DNA of 63,970 nt, filler included, from an uncultured Gemmatimonadota bacterium (lineage in GTDB: Bacteria > Blakebacterota > Blakebacteria > Blakebacterales > Blakebacteraceae), in the NCBI GenBank assembly GCA_964576115.1. It is 3 parts of 3 records of this genome, joined end to end, with 100 filler letters (N's around TTAATTAATTAA, not from the genome) between each part and the next. Parts side by side here need not be neighbours in the genome. Positions count along the whole stretch, not along the records: positions 30,490 to 60,775 come from CAZNUA010000042.1; 2 more parts are not named here. The stretch is one strand, 5' to 3'. Of the stretch, positions 46,999 through 57,001 are shown in pieces (within the stretch, counting starts at the first letter, position 1; every line of letters begins with the position of its first letter). The position numbers and the translations under genes were made by a program. The notes under the pieces are model-generated. The model was not told where the DNA came from and did no database searches. It saw nothing but the letters and a program-made list of their open reading frames with translations.

Positions 46999-48398
46999 AT
47001 GACCGAACCGCCCCGGGCTGCCTCTCGCTTCCCGGGGCGGTTTNNNNNNNNNNNNNNNNNNNNNNNNNNNNNNNNNNNNNNNNNNNNNNNNNNNNNNNNN
47101 NNNNNNNNNNNNNNNNNNNNNNNNNNNNNNNNNNNNNNNNNNNCTGACGCAGCATGACCGAACCGCCCCGGGCTGCCTCTCGCTTCCCGGGGCGGTTTGT
47201 GTTCCCCCCCGCGACTCTGCCCCTGCTGATCTCTCTGCTCACCGGCGCCTGCGGGATCATCGACTCCCCGCAGGATCCCGACGAGATCCTCCCCGTCCGT
47301 CAGCTGAATCCCCGCCGGCCGGTCACCGAGATCGCTTTCTCGGCTCCCCCCGACAGCCTCGGGGGAACCGGTCCGTTCGTCCTGCGCTGGAATCTGACGG
47401 TCAAAGCCCGCAACGCCCTGGAGGCCAGCGGGGTGCTCGATATCGCGGCCCGTGCCGCCCCGGGGACCGCCACGGCCATCGAAGCCCTCGTTCCCGGGAC
47501 GGAGCAGTGGACCGAACTGACGAGTGATACCGGTTCGGGTCCCGACTCGCTCGATCTGTGGTGGCTCGACGCCTGGGATGATCCCGCGGCCGGCGCCACC
47601 CTGGTCGACACCGACGGACGGATACGCCTGCGCCTGCCGGCTCACGCCGGACCGGGGCGGGCCCGGGTACGCGTGCTCGAGACGGCCCCCGCGGTCTGGA
47701 CCCGCACCGCACCGGGACGCACCCTGACGGCGTGGGACAACTACCTGTTGCTTATGGGGGGCGGTGCGATCAGGCGCTGGAGCGCACAGGGGGGTGAACT
47801 GCAGGTCCTCGGAGCAGCCGGCGCACCTCCCTCCTACTGCCGGAGCGCCGAACGTTTCTTCGGCGTCACCGAAACCGAGATCCTGGTCCTGGCGGGAACG
47901 GGCGGCACCTGGAACCGGGCCGCCTCCCTGCCCTGGACCGACCACGGCGGGGTTGCGATTGCTACCGACGGTTCAGACCTCTATCTCATACGCCACGTCC
48001 TGACCGGTGAAACCCTGCCGAAGCTGTACCGGCTCTCCGAAACCCTCCTGCTGCAGACTCATTCCTTCGCCGGGGCGGTAACCGATTCAACCACTCTGCG
48101 CCGCAACGGCCTGCAGGGGGGCACCGGACCGGGGCTGGCCTGGTGGCCCGACCGGCGCGTGCTGGCGGCCCCCGGTACCCAGGCGGATCAGTTCGGGCTC
48201 GTCACCTTCACCCGGGCCGGCCGCCTGCGCGAGTTCATCCCCCTGCCCTTTGATCCCGGACCGGTGCAGATCGCCTTTCTCGACGACTACCTCTTCATCG
48301 CCCGCGCCCGCCCCACCCTCGAGGCCCTGGGCTGGTCGGACACCTTCACCCCCGCCCTGCCCGAAGCCGTCCTGCTCTGGCGCTGGCCCGATCCCTGA
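46999..48398 (+). CDS. Hypothetical lipoprotein (414 aa once the false gap is closed)
   Basis: LTGAC lipobox; the first 55 bp flanking the N gap are duplicated (46989-47043 = 47144-47198), so the true start is 46999, just after the VPS10 gene. Confidence 0.65.
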
Positions 48399-48399
48399 T

Positions 48400-48434
48400 C
48401 CGGACGGGATTCCCTGAAGCGGGATCCCGGCCGG
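48400..48434. terminator. GC-rich hairpin between convergent genes
   Basis: CCGG-A-CGGGAT-T-CCC / GGG-ATCCCG-G-CCGG stem directly after the 48398 stop; no U-tract. Confidence 0.35.
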
Positions 48435-48524
48435 TCCGAGGTCGAGTTCGACGCGCCCCGGGACGGCGAGGGACACGGTTCCCGGCAGCGGGCCAATGGC
48501 GAGTCGGGGGAGTGGTAGGTCCGC

Positions 48525-49697
48525 CTATTCAGGTTCTGTGTTCGAGAATTCGGTGTCAATCAGAGCCTGCAGGTCGGCGGGCGGTTCGGCCTCCAGTTCG
48601 ATCGCTTCGCCACTCTCGGGGTGGGTGAAGCCTAGCCGGGCGGCGTGCAGGGCCTGGCGGTCGATCAGGTCGAGCAGAGCGCGGGCCCGCGCCCGCCGCT
48701 CGGGGAGCATCCCCCGCACGGCTTTCTCGCGCCCGGCGTAGAGGGGGTCGCCGAGAATCGGATGACCGATGTGGGCGGCGTGAACCCTGATCTGGTGGGT
48801 GCGGCCGGTTTCGAGCCGGCACTCGAGCAGGACGGCCAGTTCGGTTGCGGCCAGGGTCCGGTAACGGGTCACGGCCCGGCGGGCGCCGCGGGGTACGCCG
48901 GGGGGGAGCTGCTCCGGACGGCCGTCGGCCTCTTCCCCGGTATCGCGGAATGCCTCATTTTCAGACACCACTTCGGTCTCGGATACCCCCAGCATGCGTT
49001 CGGCCTCTCCCGGCCGGCCCCAGCGCCGCTCCAGCCGCTCTCCACCCGGTTCGTAAGCAGCCATCTTTTTCCGGTCGCGGCGGCTGCGGCCGATCCAGGT
49101 CGCGATTTCCCCCGCCTCCGGATCGGGACGGCCCCAGGCCACCGCGGTATAGATCCGGACGATCGCACGGGCTTTGAGAGCCGCCGTGAGCGCGGCATGA
49201 GCCCGATCGGTCTTGGCCACCAGCATCAGCCCCGAGGTGTCCTTGTCGAGGCGGTGAACCAGGCCGGGGCGCCGCACTCCACCGATCCCCTCCAGATCGG
49301 TGCAGTGAGCCAGCAGAGCGTTGACGAGGGTGCCGCCGGGGTGGCCGGGTGCGGGATGGACCACCAGACCGGGCGGTTTGTTCACCACCAGCAGATGCCG
49401 GTCTTCGAAACGGATATCGAGCGGCAGGGACTCGGGTTCGAGCAAGGGCTCGGAAGCGGGGGGTACCACGACCGTGATCCGCATGCCCGGCCGGACCTTC
49501 TTCGAACTGCGAACCGGCGTGGAGTCGACGGTCACCAGCCCCTCGCGGATCAGGGTTTCGAGCCGCGAGCGGGAAAGGGAATCGAACTGACGGGCGAGAT
49601 AGCGATCGAGCCGTTCGGTCTCATCGCAGGGGGTTGTCTTCAGGCCCCGCTCGGCCGTAACGAGAAGCTCGTATTGCTCAGGGCGCGGGTTCGCCAC
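48525..49697 (-). CDS. rluD: RluA-family pseudouridine synthase with S4 domain (RluD)
   Basis: RLDRYL S4, VNKPPGLVVHP, HRLDKDTSG, TGRTHQIRVH, GDPLY, QALHA. Confidence 0.9.
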   Translation of the reverse strand: MANPRPEQYELLVTAERGLKTTPCDETERLDRYLARQFDSLSRSRLETLIREGLVTVDSTPVRSSKKVRPGMRITVVVPPASEPLLEPESLPLDIRFEDRHLLVVNKPPGLVVHPAPGHPGGTLVNALLAHCTDLEGIGGVRRPGLVHRLDKDTSGLMLVAKTDRAHAALTAALKARAIVRIYTAVAWGRPDPEAGEIATWIGRSRRDRKKMAAYEPGGERLERRWGRPGEAERMLGVSETEVVSENEAFRDTGEEADGRPEQLPPGVPRGARRAVTRYRTLAATELAVLLECRLETGRTHQIRVHAAHIGHPILGDPLYAGREKAVRGMLPERRARARALLDLIDRQALHAARLGFTHPESGEAIELEAEPPADLQALIDTEFSNTEPE

Positions 49698-50157
49698 CGC
49701 TGGTTTCCGTATCGCCGACGACCAGGAAGAAGAGCATCAGCAGCACCACCCCGGTACTGACCCCCATGTCGGCGACGTTGAAGATCGGCCAGATGAGGGT
49801 TTCGGAAAGCCCGACCTGGATGAAGTCGATCACCTCGCCGATCCGCAGGCGGTCGATGAGGTTGCCGAGAGCCCCGGCCAGGATCATCGCCAGGGCGATC
49901 CGGGGCCAGTATTCCTTCTTCGGCAGGGTGACGATGAAGTAACCGATGACGACCGAAGCCACCGCGCTGAACACGGCATGAAAGGTCGAGGGAGCGATCT
50001 TCAGGCCGAAGGCGGCACCGGGATTCTGGATGAAGGTGATTTTGAGCAGGTCACCGATGACGGTCAGACTCTGATTCTCGGTCATCGTGGCCGTGACGAG
50101 AGCCTTGGTGAGCTGGTCGAGCGCCAGGATCCCCCCGGCGAGCAGGAAACTCCACAT
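49678..50157 (-). CDS. lspA: Lipoprotein signal peptidase II
   Basis: DQLTK, NPGAAFG, GALGNLIDR, VIDFI, FNVAD. Confidence 0.96.
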   Translation of the reverse strand: MWSFLLAGGILALDQLTKALVTATMTENQSLTVIGDLLKITFIQNPGAAFGLKIAPSTFHAVFSAVASVVIGYFIVTLPKKEYWPRIALAMILAGALGNLIDRLRIGEVIDFIQVGLSETLIWPIFNVADMGVSTGVVLLMLFFLVVGDTETSGGEPAP

Positions 50158-50558
50158 CAGGCGCTTTGACCGTTCTTGCGGGCGTCGTCCTGCTTCTTGC
50201 AGGCGATACAGAGCCGGGCATGCGGCACGGCATCGAGCCTTTCCTCATCGATCGGCGCGCCGCACTCGTGGCAGAAGCCGAAGGTGCCATCTTCGATCCG
50301 CTGCAGAGCCAGATTCAGGTGGTAGAGGAAACGGCCCTCGCGCGAAGCGAACAGAAAGGCCTTCTCGCGCTCCATGGCGTCGGTGCCCTGATCGGCCATG
50401 TGGAAACTGTAGGCCGATATGTCGCCGGTGGACTCGGTGATGGTGGCGCTCATGCTGGAGCCCTCGAGGTAATTGAGTTCCTTGAGGAGAGCCTCGCGTT
50501 TCGCCAGCAGCTTTTTCCTGTATTTCTTGATCTTGGCTTGCGACAGGTGCGCCGGCAT
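50157..50558 (-). CDS. TraR/DksA-family C4 zinc-finger regulator
   Basis: HMADQGTD coiled-coil tip; CHEC...RLDAVPHARLCIAC. Confidence 0.92.
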   Translation of the reverse strand: MPAHLSQAKIKKYRKKLLAKREALLKELNYLEGSSMSATITESTGDISAYSFHMADQGTDAMEREKAFLFASREGRFLYHLNLALQRIEDGTFGFCHECGAPIDEERLDAVPHARLCIACKKQDDARKNGQSA

Positions 50559-50604
50559 CCTGATGACTCCTTTACGAAAACCGGCGGGGAATGACGGATC
50601 CCGA

Positions 50605-53600
50605 TCAGGCTTTCGCGATGGTTATCGTAACATGTTCGGAATCGAGCTGCCACTCTACACGGCGGTCGCTCGAGTCCAGAAGAGCGGCCCTCAGTTCGGT
50701 CGCCAGAGCTTCCCCGGATACATATTCGGCATGGGTGTCCAGAGCGTCGGTCAAGCCCGGTGAAGCCTCGTACCCGATCCGCACCCGGTCGGTGACGGCG
50801 TACCCCACCTCCCGCCGCAGGGCCTGCACCCGGGTCGTGAACTCCCGGGCCAGTCCTTCGGCCAGCAGGGCATCGGTCAGGCGGGTGTCGATCGCCACGG
50901 CCAGCTCCCCCTCCTGTTCAACCGTGAGTTCTTCCGGTTCGGCTTCTTCGAGCAGAACATCGCCCGGTTCGATCTGGATCTCCCCGGCGGAGGTGGTGAC
51001 GGTTGCATTTCGCCCCTCGGCAAGACCGGCCAGAGCCCCGGGCTCGAGACCGCGGATCGCGTCGGCCACATCGTTGACCTGCGAACCGTATCGGGGACCG
51101 AGGGCGGAGAAGTGCGGCTGGGCCGAAAGAACCATGAAGGCCGAAGCGGAGTCGACTCCCTCCACTCGCTTGACGTTCATTTCTTCCCGGATCAGATCGC
51201 CGAGTTCGTCCAGCGCTCGACGCTGCCAGTCCCGGGGGGCGGTGACAACGAAGCGGTCGAGAGGCTGGCGCACTTTCAGTCCGGCCCGGTTCCGGGCGGC
51301 CCGTCCGAGGGTGACGATCTCCCGCACGTACGCCATACGCCGCTCGAGTTCGTCGTCGACCAGGCTGTCGTCCCCGGCCGGGTAGTCGCTCAGATGTACG
51401 CTCGGGGCCGCGTTCTCGCGCCAGGCCTCGAGATTGAGCCAGAGCTCCTCGCTGGTGAAGGGCACGAAGGGAGCCAGCAGTCCGGCCATGGTTACCAGAG
51501 TGGTATGCAGGGTGGCGTAGGCGGCGTCCTTGTCCGGTCCCGGTTCACCTTTCCAGAAGCGGCGTCGCGAGCGCCGCACATACCAGTTCGAGAGATCTTC
51601 AATCACGAAATGCTGCAGAGCACGGGCCGCACGGGTGAGTTCGAACTCCGCCAGGTGCCGGCGCACTTCCCGGGCGGTACCGTTCAAGCGGCTCAGGAGC
51701 CAGCGATCGAGGGCGGGAAGTTCGGGGGCGGGAATCCGGCGGGTGCTCCCGGGGTGCCAGCCGTCCACCGCGGCATAGAGAGCGAAGAAGGCGTGGGTGT
51801 TATGCAGGGTGCCGAAGAACTTCCGGCTGACCTCGGCCACGCTCTCGGCGTCGAAGCGGGTCGGGATCCACGGCGGAGAATTGGTCACCAGGTACCAGCG
51901 CAGGGGATCGGCGCCCCAGGCGCTGATCACATCCCAGGGATCGACCGTATTCCCCTTGCTCTTCGACATCTTCCGTCCCTCGCGGTCGAGCACCATCTCC
52001 TGCACCAGACAGTGCCGGTAGGAGGGCCGGTCGGTCAAAAAAGCACTGATGGCCAGCAGGCTGTAGAACCACCCCCGGGTCTGATCCACACCTTCGGAGA
52101 TGAAATCGGCGGGGTACTGCCGCTCGAACATCTCCCGATTTTCGAAGGGGTAGTGCCACTGGGCGAAGGGCATGGCGCCGGAATCGAACCAGCAATCGAT
52201 CACTTCGGGGGTCCGGCGCATCTCGGCGCCGCACTCCGGACAGGGCCAGGTCAGTTCGTCGACGTGCGGCTTGTGCAGGTCGAGTTCCGCGTCCCCCGCC
52301 GTACCGGCCCGGGTACGCAGTTCCTCGACCGATGAGATGCAGATCTGGTACGCACAGTCACTGTTGGAACAGACCCAGATCGGGAGCGGGGTGCCCCAGT
52401 AACGGTCGCGCGAGAGGGCCCAGTCCTGGTTGTTTTCGAGCCACTCCCCCATCCGGCCGGTGCCGATCTCGGGGGGAATCCAGTCGATCTCCCGGTTGGC
52501 CGAGAGCAGTTTCTCCTTGATGGCGGTGGTCCGCACGTACCACGAGGGTTGAGCCATGTAGAGCAGGGGGCTGTCGCACCGCCAGCAGAAGGGATAGGTA
52601 TGGCTGTCCACCCCGGCCATCAGCAGTAGCCCCCGGGCGGCCAGATCGGCGACGATGCCGGCGTCGGCCTCCTTGACGAAGACCCCCGCCCACGGTTCGA
52701 CCTCGGGGATGAACGTGCCCTCGCGATCGACCGGTTCCACGATCGGCATTCCCTCGCGCATACCGGTGTTGTAGTCGTCCTCGCCGTAGGCCGGCGAGGA
52801 ATGCACCAATCCCGTGCCCTCTTCGTCGGTGACGTAATCATCGGTCAAGACCACGTTGGTCACCGACTCGTCCATCTCCATGAAGGTAAAGGGACGCTGG
52901 TACCTCACGCCGGCCAGGTCGCTGCCCTTGATCCGTCCGACGACGTCGATCCCCGCGCCGTAGGAACCCGGAGCGTTCTGATCGCCGAAGAGGTGCCGGG
53001 CGCGGCTCTCGGCCAGAATGAGGCGTTCGCGCCCCTGCCCCGCCGCGGCCCCGGCCCGGGTCCGGGCGGCGTAGCCGTCGCCGTACAGGGTATCGAGCGC
53101 ATCGTGGATGATCGGCGGCAGGGTATCGAGCTCGAGCTCGACGTAGTCCAGCTCCGCATGAGCCACCGTGAAGGTGTTGCTGATCATGGTCCACGGTGTC
53201 GTGGTCCAGACCAACAGGCTGCGCCGCATCCCCTCGGGCAGCGGACCGAGCACCGCCGCCGAATGGTCGTCTTCGCGGACCGGAAAGCGGACGTGGATCG
53301 AAGGATCGTCGGCCTCGCGGTACCCGAGCGAGACCTCGTGAGTCGACAGGGGCGTACCGCAGCGCGGACAGTAGGGACTGATTCGATGGCCGCGGTAGAT
53401 CAGATCCTGTTCGAAGAAACGGGCGATGATCCACCAGACCGACTCGATGTAGTCGTTGGTAAAGGTGAAGTAGGGATCGTCGAGGTCGAGCCAGAAAGCG
53501 ATCCGTTCGGTCAGCCGGCGCCAGTCCTCCTCGTACCGCCGGACCGATTCCCGGCATTTTTCGTTGAAGGCTTCGACGCCGTATTCCTCGATCTCGGCCT

Positions 53601-53943
53601 TGTGGGTGAGACCGAGTTCCTTCTCGACCTCGATCTCGACCGGCAGGCCGTGCGTGTCCCAACCCGCTTTGCGCAGCACCCGGTACCCTTCCATCGTCTT
53701 CAGACGGCAGATCAGGTCCTTGAAGGTGCGGCTCTGAACGTGATGCACTCCCGGCAATCCGTTGGCGGTCGGCGGGCCTTCGAAGAAGACATAGTCGGGC
53801 GCCCCTTCCCGCAGTTGGACACTGGCGCGGAAAGCGCCCTCCTCACGCCAGAAAGCGAGGATACGCTCCTCGCGTTCGGGTGAGTGGTTCACCTCCTCGA
53901 CCCTTTTGAAGGGGCTTGTCTGTTCGGAATCGGTTCCGCTCAT
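50605..53943 (-). CDS. ileS: Isoleucine--tRNA ligase, type 2
   Basis: EGPPTANGLPGVHH, GWDTHGLP, WTTTPWT, WALSRDRYWG, EGVDQTRGWF, KMSKSKGN, DLSNWYVRRSR. Confidence 0.98.
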   Translation of the reverse strand: MSGTDSEQTSPFKRVEEVNHSPEREERILAFWREEGAFRASVQLREGAPDYVFFEGPPTANGLPGVHHVQSRTFKDLICRLKTMEGYRVLRKAGWDTHGLPVEIEVEKELGLTHKAEIEEYGVEAFNEKCRESVRRYEEDWRRLTERIAFWLDLDDPYFTFTNDYIESVWWIIARFFEQDLIYRGHRISPYCPRCGTPLSTHEVSLGYREADDPSIHVRFPVREDDHSAAVLGPLPEGMRRSLLVWTTTPWTMISNTFTVAHAELDYVELELDTLPPIIHDALDTLYGDGYAARTRAGAAAGQGRERLILAESRARHLFGDQNAPGSYGAGIDVVGRIKGSDLAGVRYQRPFTFMEMDESVTNVVLTDDYVTDEEGTGLVHSSPAYGEDDYNTGMREGMPIVEPVDREGTFIPEVEPWAGVFVKEADAGIVADLAARGLLLMAGVDSHTYPFCWRCDSPLLYMAQPSWYVRTTAIKEKLLSANREIDWIPPEIGTGRMGEWLENNQDWALSRDRYWGTPLPIWVCSNSDCAYQICISSVEELRTRAGTAGDAELDLHKPHVDELTWPCPECGAEMRRTPEVIDCWFDSGAMPFAQWHYPFENREMFERQYPADFISEGVDQTRGWFYSLLAISAFLTDRPSYRHCLVQEMVLDREGRKMSKSKGNTVDPWDVISAWGADPLRWYLVTNSPPWIPTRFDAESVAEVSRKFFGTLHNTHAFFALYAAVDGWHPGSTRRIPAPELPALDRWLLSRLNGTAREVRRHLAEFELTRAARALQHFVIEDLSNWYVRRSRRRFWKGEPGPDKDAAYATLHTTLVTMAGLLAPFVPFTSEELWLNLEAWRENAAPSVHLSDYPAGDDSLVDDELERRMAYVREIVTLGRAARNRAGLKVRQPLDRFVVTAPRDWQRRALDELGDLIREEMNVKRVEGVDSASAFMVLSAQPHFSALGPRYGSQVNDVADAIRGLEPGALAGLAEGRNATVTTSAGEIQIEPGDVLLEEAEPEELTVEQEGELAVAIDTRLTDALLAEGLAREFTTRVQALRREVGYAVTDRVRIGYEASPGLTDALDTHAEYVSGEALATELRAALLDSSDRRVEWQLDSEHVTITIAKA

Positions 53944-54061
53944 GCTTCTCACTCAAACCAGGTCGGGCGGCCGGACCGCCCTCCAGCGGGTCCGGCCTCC
54001 GTCACCATATCAAATCGAAGGGGAATACGTTGAGGTAAAGCGCGCCGGTGCGCAAGCGGGT

Positions 54062-54979
54062 TTACTCCAGGTCTTTTCCCTCTGCTTTCTTTTCTTCCTC
54101 AGCTTCCCCTGCTTCCACCCTCTGCCCCTCATCGTTTCCCATCCGCTCCAGCTCATCCGCCTCATTGTCCTCGGGCTCACGCTCTTCGCCGTCCTCCTTG
54201 CGCCAGCCGTGCCAGGCCCGTTCGGCGGCCCGACCGGTCTCGTCGAGATCCGCATCGGCCTCATCCTCGATCGTGCCGGCCACCGTCAGGAGTCGATCGG
54301 AATCCCCGGCATCCTCCTCGTCGATCTCATCGCCGGTCATCTCCTCTTCCTCTTCCTCCCGCTCCACTGCCGGCGGTGCGGCAGCGGGCGGATCCGCCGC
54401 CGGGGGTGCGCTCGGCGGCAGATCGCTACCGGGAGCGTCCTCGCCGGCGGCAGCCACCCGGGCCCGGGCTTCGGCGGTCAGGGCCTCGAGCCGTTCCTCG
54501 AACATATCGAGGGTTTCGTCGGGAGTTTCCTCTTCCATTTCGGCGATCTTCAACATGTCGAGCTGGGCCTGCACCAGCATCCGGAGCCTGGTCACGTAGG
54601 AATCGCGCATCCCGCCGAGCTTGGCGAGTTCCTTTCTGATATCGCGGATCGAACGGTGAGCGTCCTCGATCCACTTGCCGGCCCTGACCTCGGCCTCCTT
54701 GAGGATGATCTCGGCCTCGGCGTGGGCCGCCTCCCGCTTATCTTCAGCCGCTCGCTGAACCGTGACCAGGGTTTCCCGCATGGTGGCTTCCATCTGCTGG
54801 TATTCCTCCAGCCGCCCGGAAAGCGAAGCAAGTTCGGTGCGGGCCTGCTGGGCGGTGCCGGCCAGTTCCTCCATTTCGTCTGCAACCATGGCCAGGAAGG
54901 TTTCCACCTCGTCGATGTCGTAGCCCCGCATCGCGCGGCGGAACTCCTGCTTGCGGATATCGATCGGCGTAATGCGCAC
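54062..54979 (-). CDS. divIVA: DivIVA-domain protein with a long acidic C-terminal tail
   Basis: ITPIDIRKQEFRRAMRGYDIDEVETFL, followed by a coiled coil. Confidence 0.88.
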   Translation of the reverse strand: MRITPIDIRKQEFRRAMRGYDIDEVETFLAMVADEMEELAGTAQQARTELASLSGRLEEYQQMEATMRETLVTVQRAAEDKREAAHAEAEIILKEAEVRAGKWIEDAHRSIRDIRKELAKLGGMRDSYVTRLRMLVQAQLDMLKIAEMEEETPDETLDMFEERLEALTAEARARVAAAGEDAPGSDLPPSAPPAADPPAAAPPAVEREEEEEEMTGDEIDEEDAGDSDRLLTVAGTIEDEADADLDETGRAAERAWHGWRKEDGEEREPEDNEADELERMGNDEGQRVEAGEAEEEKKAEGKDLE

Positions 54980-55010
54980 GTTTTTCTCCTCTTGCGTGAG
55001 GCTGTAACGG

Positions 55011-55310
55011 TCAGCCCATCCTCATCCCGATTTCGATCAGGCTCCTGAACACGGCGGCATTCAGGAACCAGAGCACCAGGATCACGACCGCGGGGGTGAT
55101 GTCGATCCCGCTCTGTTCCAGGAAACCGGGCATGAAACGCCGCAGCCGCAGGTAGAGCGGTTCGGTCGCGCCCCGCAGCAGACGCACAGCGGGATGCCAC
55201 GACCGGACCGGGAACCAGGTGATGACCGCCGAGGCGATCACGATAAGCATATACAACGTTGTGACCGTCGAGAGCAATCGGCCCAGAGCTTCGATGATAT
55301 TTCCCGCCAT
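55011..55310 (-). CDS. yggT: YggT/YlmG family membrane protein
   Basis: SAVITWF...TEPLY...RRFMP...IDITP; start chosen at MAGN. Confidence 0.9.
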   Translation of the reverse strand: MAGNIIEALGRLLSTVTTLYMLIVIASAVITWFPVRSWHPAVRLLRGATEPLYLRLRRFMPGFLEQSGIDITPAVVILVLWFLNAAVFRSLIEIGMRMG

Positions 55311-55620
55311 GATGTTCACTTTCGATCCTGTTCCCCGTTCCCGGTTCGCCGCGAGGCGGTTGCCAGCCAGCCGGAGCGTAACGCTGCCCCGGGGCATGAA
55401 TATAGACAGGGTGCGGCACACGCCGAAGGAGGAAAACTCGACTATCCGGGGTGGGGAGTACGATAGACGAGCGCCCCCGGATACCGAGCACCCGGGGGCG
55501 TTCGCAATCGGCCGGGGGGGATCGTGCTCTGAGGAGCCTGTCGGAGGAACCGGCTTGAGCCAACGCGGTCCGCCGGAGGCCGGCACAGACCGCAGCCGGT
55601 GGATCGCTCCGACAGACTCC

Positions 55621-57000
55621 TCAAAGCCGGCCGATATCCAGGATCCGCCGCAGTACCCGGCGGGCGGCGGGATCGTCGATACGACCCAGGTACTGCACGG
55701 CGTCCTTGCGGATCTGCAGGACCTGGTCGTTCAGGGCCACCTGCCCCAGTAAGGTCACTTTCTCGTCGTTCGTCGTCATCCGCTCGACCCGCTCCCGCAG
55801 GGCCCGGCGGCGGACGCGCTCGTCGGCATCGGAATCGAAGATCCGCTGCAGGGCGGCGGCCGCCAGCGGGCTGTCGATATCGCCCAGACTCGCCACGGCA
55901 GCCTCGCTCACCTCCCGCTCGCCGTCGGCACCCGCGATCCTTTCCAGCAGCGGCACGGCCCGGGCCGGCTCGCGCCGTTCCCAGGCAGCCACCACCCGCC
56001 GCCGCAGATCGGGTTCGGGATCGGCCAGAAGCTGTTCGAGGGCATCATCCACATCACGCCCCTCGACCCGGCTCAGATAGCTGATGGCGATCGCCCGGAC
56101 CTCTTCGGCTTCATCGGTGCTGCGTGCGGCCCGGATGAGCCGGCTCTTCGCCGCCGGACCCTGCCGATCGGCCAGGACGGTCAGGGCGCGGGCCCGGTCG
56201 TCGGGATCCTCGGCCGAATCGAAGATCCGTTCCAGTCGCGAGACAGTATCTTCCGGTCGACGCCCCAGATAGATGATCGCCCGTCGACGAACATCCTCAT
56301 CGACGTCATCTTCAGCCAGGCCGGCCAGCACTGCGACGACCTCGGATTCGGGCAGCAGGCTCACCAGCCCGACCAGTCCTTCACGCAGGTCGTCATCGGT
56401 TTCGGGATCGAGGTTCGCGAGTCCGCTCCGCGCCCAGGCCAGCACGTCGGATCCGGAGGCATCTCCGACCCAGAAGACGGGGCGCTCGCCCGGATTCATG
56501 GTCCCGACCGGCTGTCGCAGTGTGAGCCCCCTCAGATCGGGGCCGGATTCCCCGGCGAGTCGGCCTGAAATGAAGCAGAGCAAACGCCGTTCTTCCAGGA
56601 CCGGCGCGGGAGGTGCGGCGGTGAGAGTCATGGATCTCAGATCGAGAACCCGGTCGTTTTCACCGGGATCATCCCAGGCGTCACGCACCGGCATGAGTCC
56701 CCCGAGCCCGGTACTCATCCAGCCGTCGGACCGGTGGATGACGATCATGCCGCCTCCGGTGGCTTCAGCATCCGAGGCGAGCAGGCCGGTAAAGCCGAGG
56801 GCGATGTAGAACCTGCTGCCTGCTTCACCCCCGGCCGCCGCCTCACGGGCCGCGTCGATCCGGCCGGTGAGCCCGCCCGGGCGAGCGGAGAGATCGGTCA
56901 CCTGGGCCCGGGTCGTGAGAGCCGGCAGCGTCAGCAGGACGACGGCCAGCAGGGCGCTCACCGAACCGGGGAGGCGCCGCAGCGTATCGTGGCCCGCCAT
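55621..57000 (-). CDS. Exported HEAT-repeat protein
   Basis: Signal peptide ending ARA/TRAQ; repeated DVRRRAIIYLG, EVRAIAISYL, IRKDAVQYLG helical units. Confidence 0.85.
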   Translation of the reverse strand: MAGHDTLRRLPGSVSALLAVVLLTLPALTTRAQVTDLSARPGGLTGRIDAAREAAAGGEAGSRFYIALGFTGLLASDAEATGGGMIVIHRSDGWMSTGLGGLMPVRDAWDDPGENDRVLDLRSMTLTAAPPAPVLEERRLLCFISGRLAGESGPDLRGLTLRQPVGTMNPGERPVFWVGDASGSDVLAWARSGLANLDPETDDDLREGLVGLVSLLPESEVVAVLAGLAEDDVDEDVRRRAIIYLGRRPEDTVSRLERIFDSAEDPDDRARALTVLADRQGPAAKSRLIRAARSTDEAEEVRAIAISYLSRVEGRDVDDALEQLLADPEPDLRRRVVAAWERREPARAVPLLERIAGADGEREVSEAAVASLGDIDSPLAAAALQRIFDSDADERVRRRALRERVERMTTNDEKVTLLGQVALNDQVLQIRKDAVQYLGRIDDPAARRVLRRILDIGRL

Positions 57001-57001
57001 C

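Noticed and set aside
53944-54061. T-box leader for ileS
   Set aside because: The spacer is about 118 bp with one GC hairpin and no T-box consensus.
55469-55503. GC hairpin as the intrinsic terminator of the HEAT operon
   Set aside because: A strong stem is present but has no U-tract on either strand; function not supportable.
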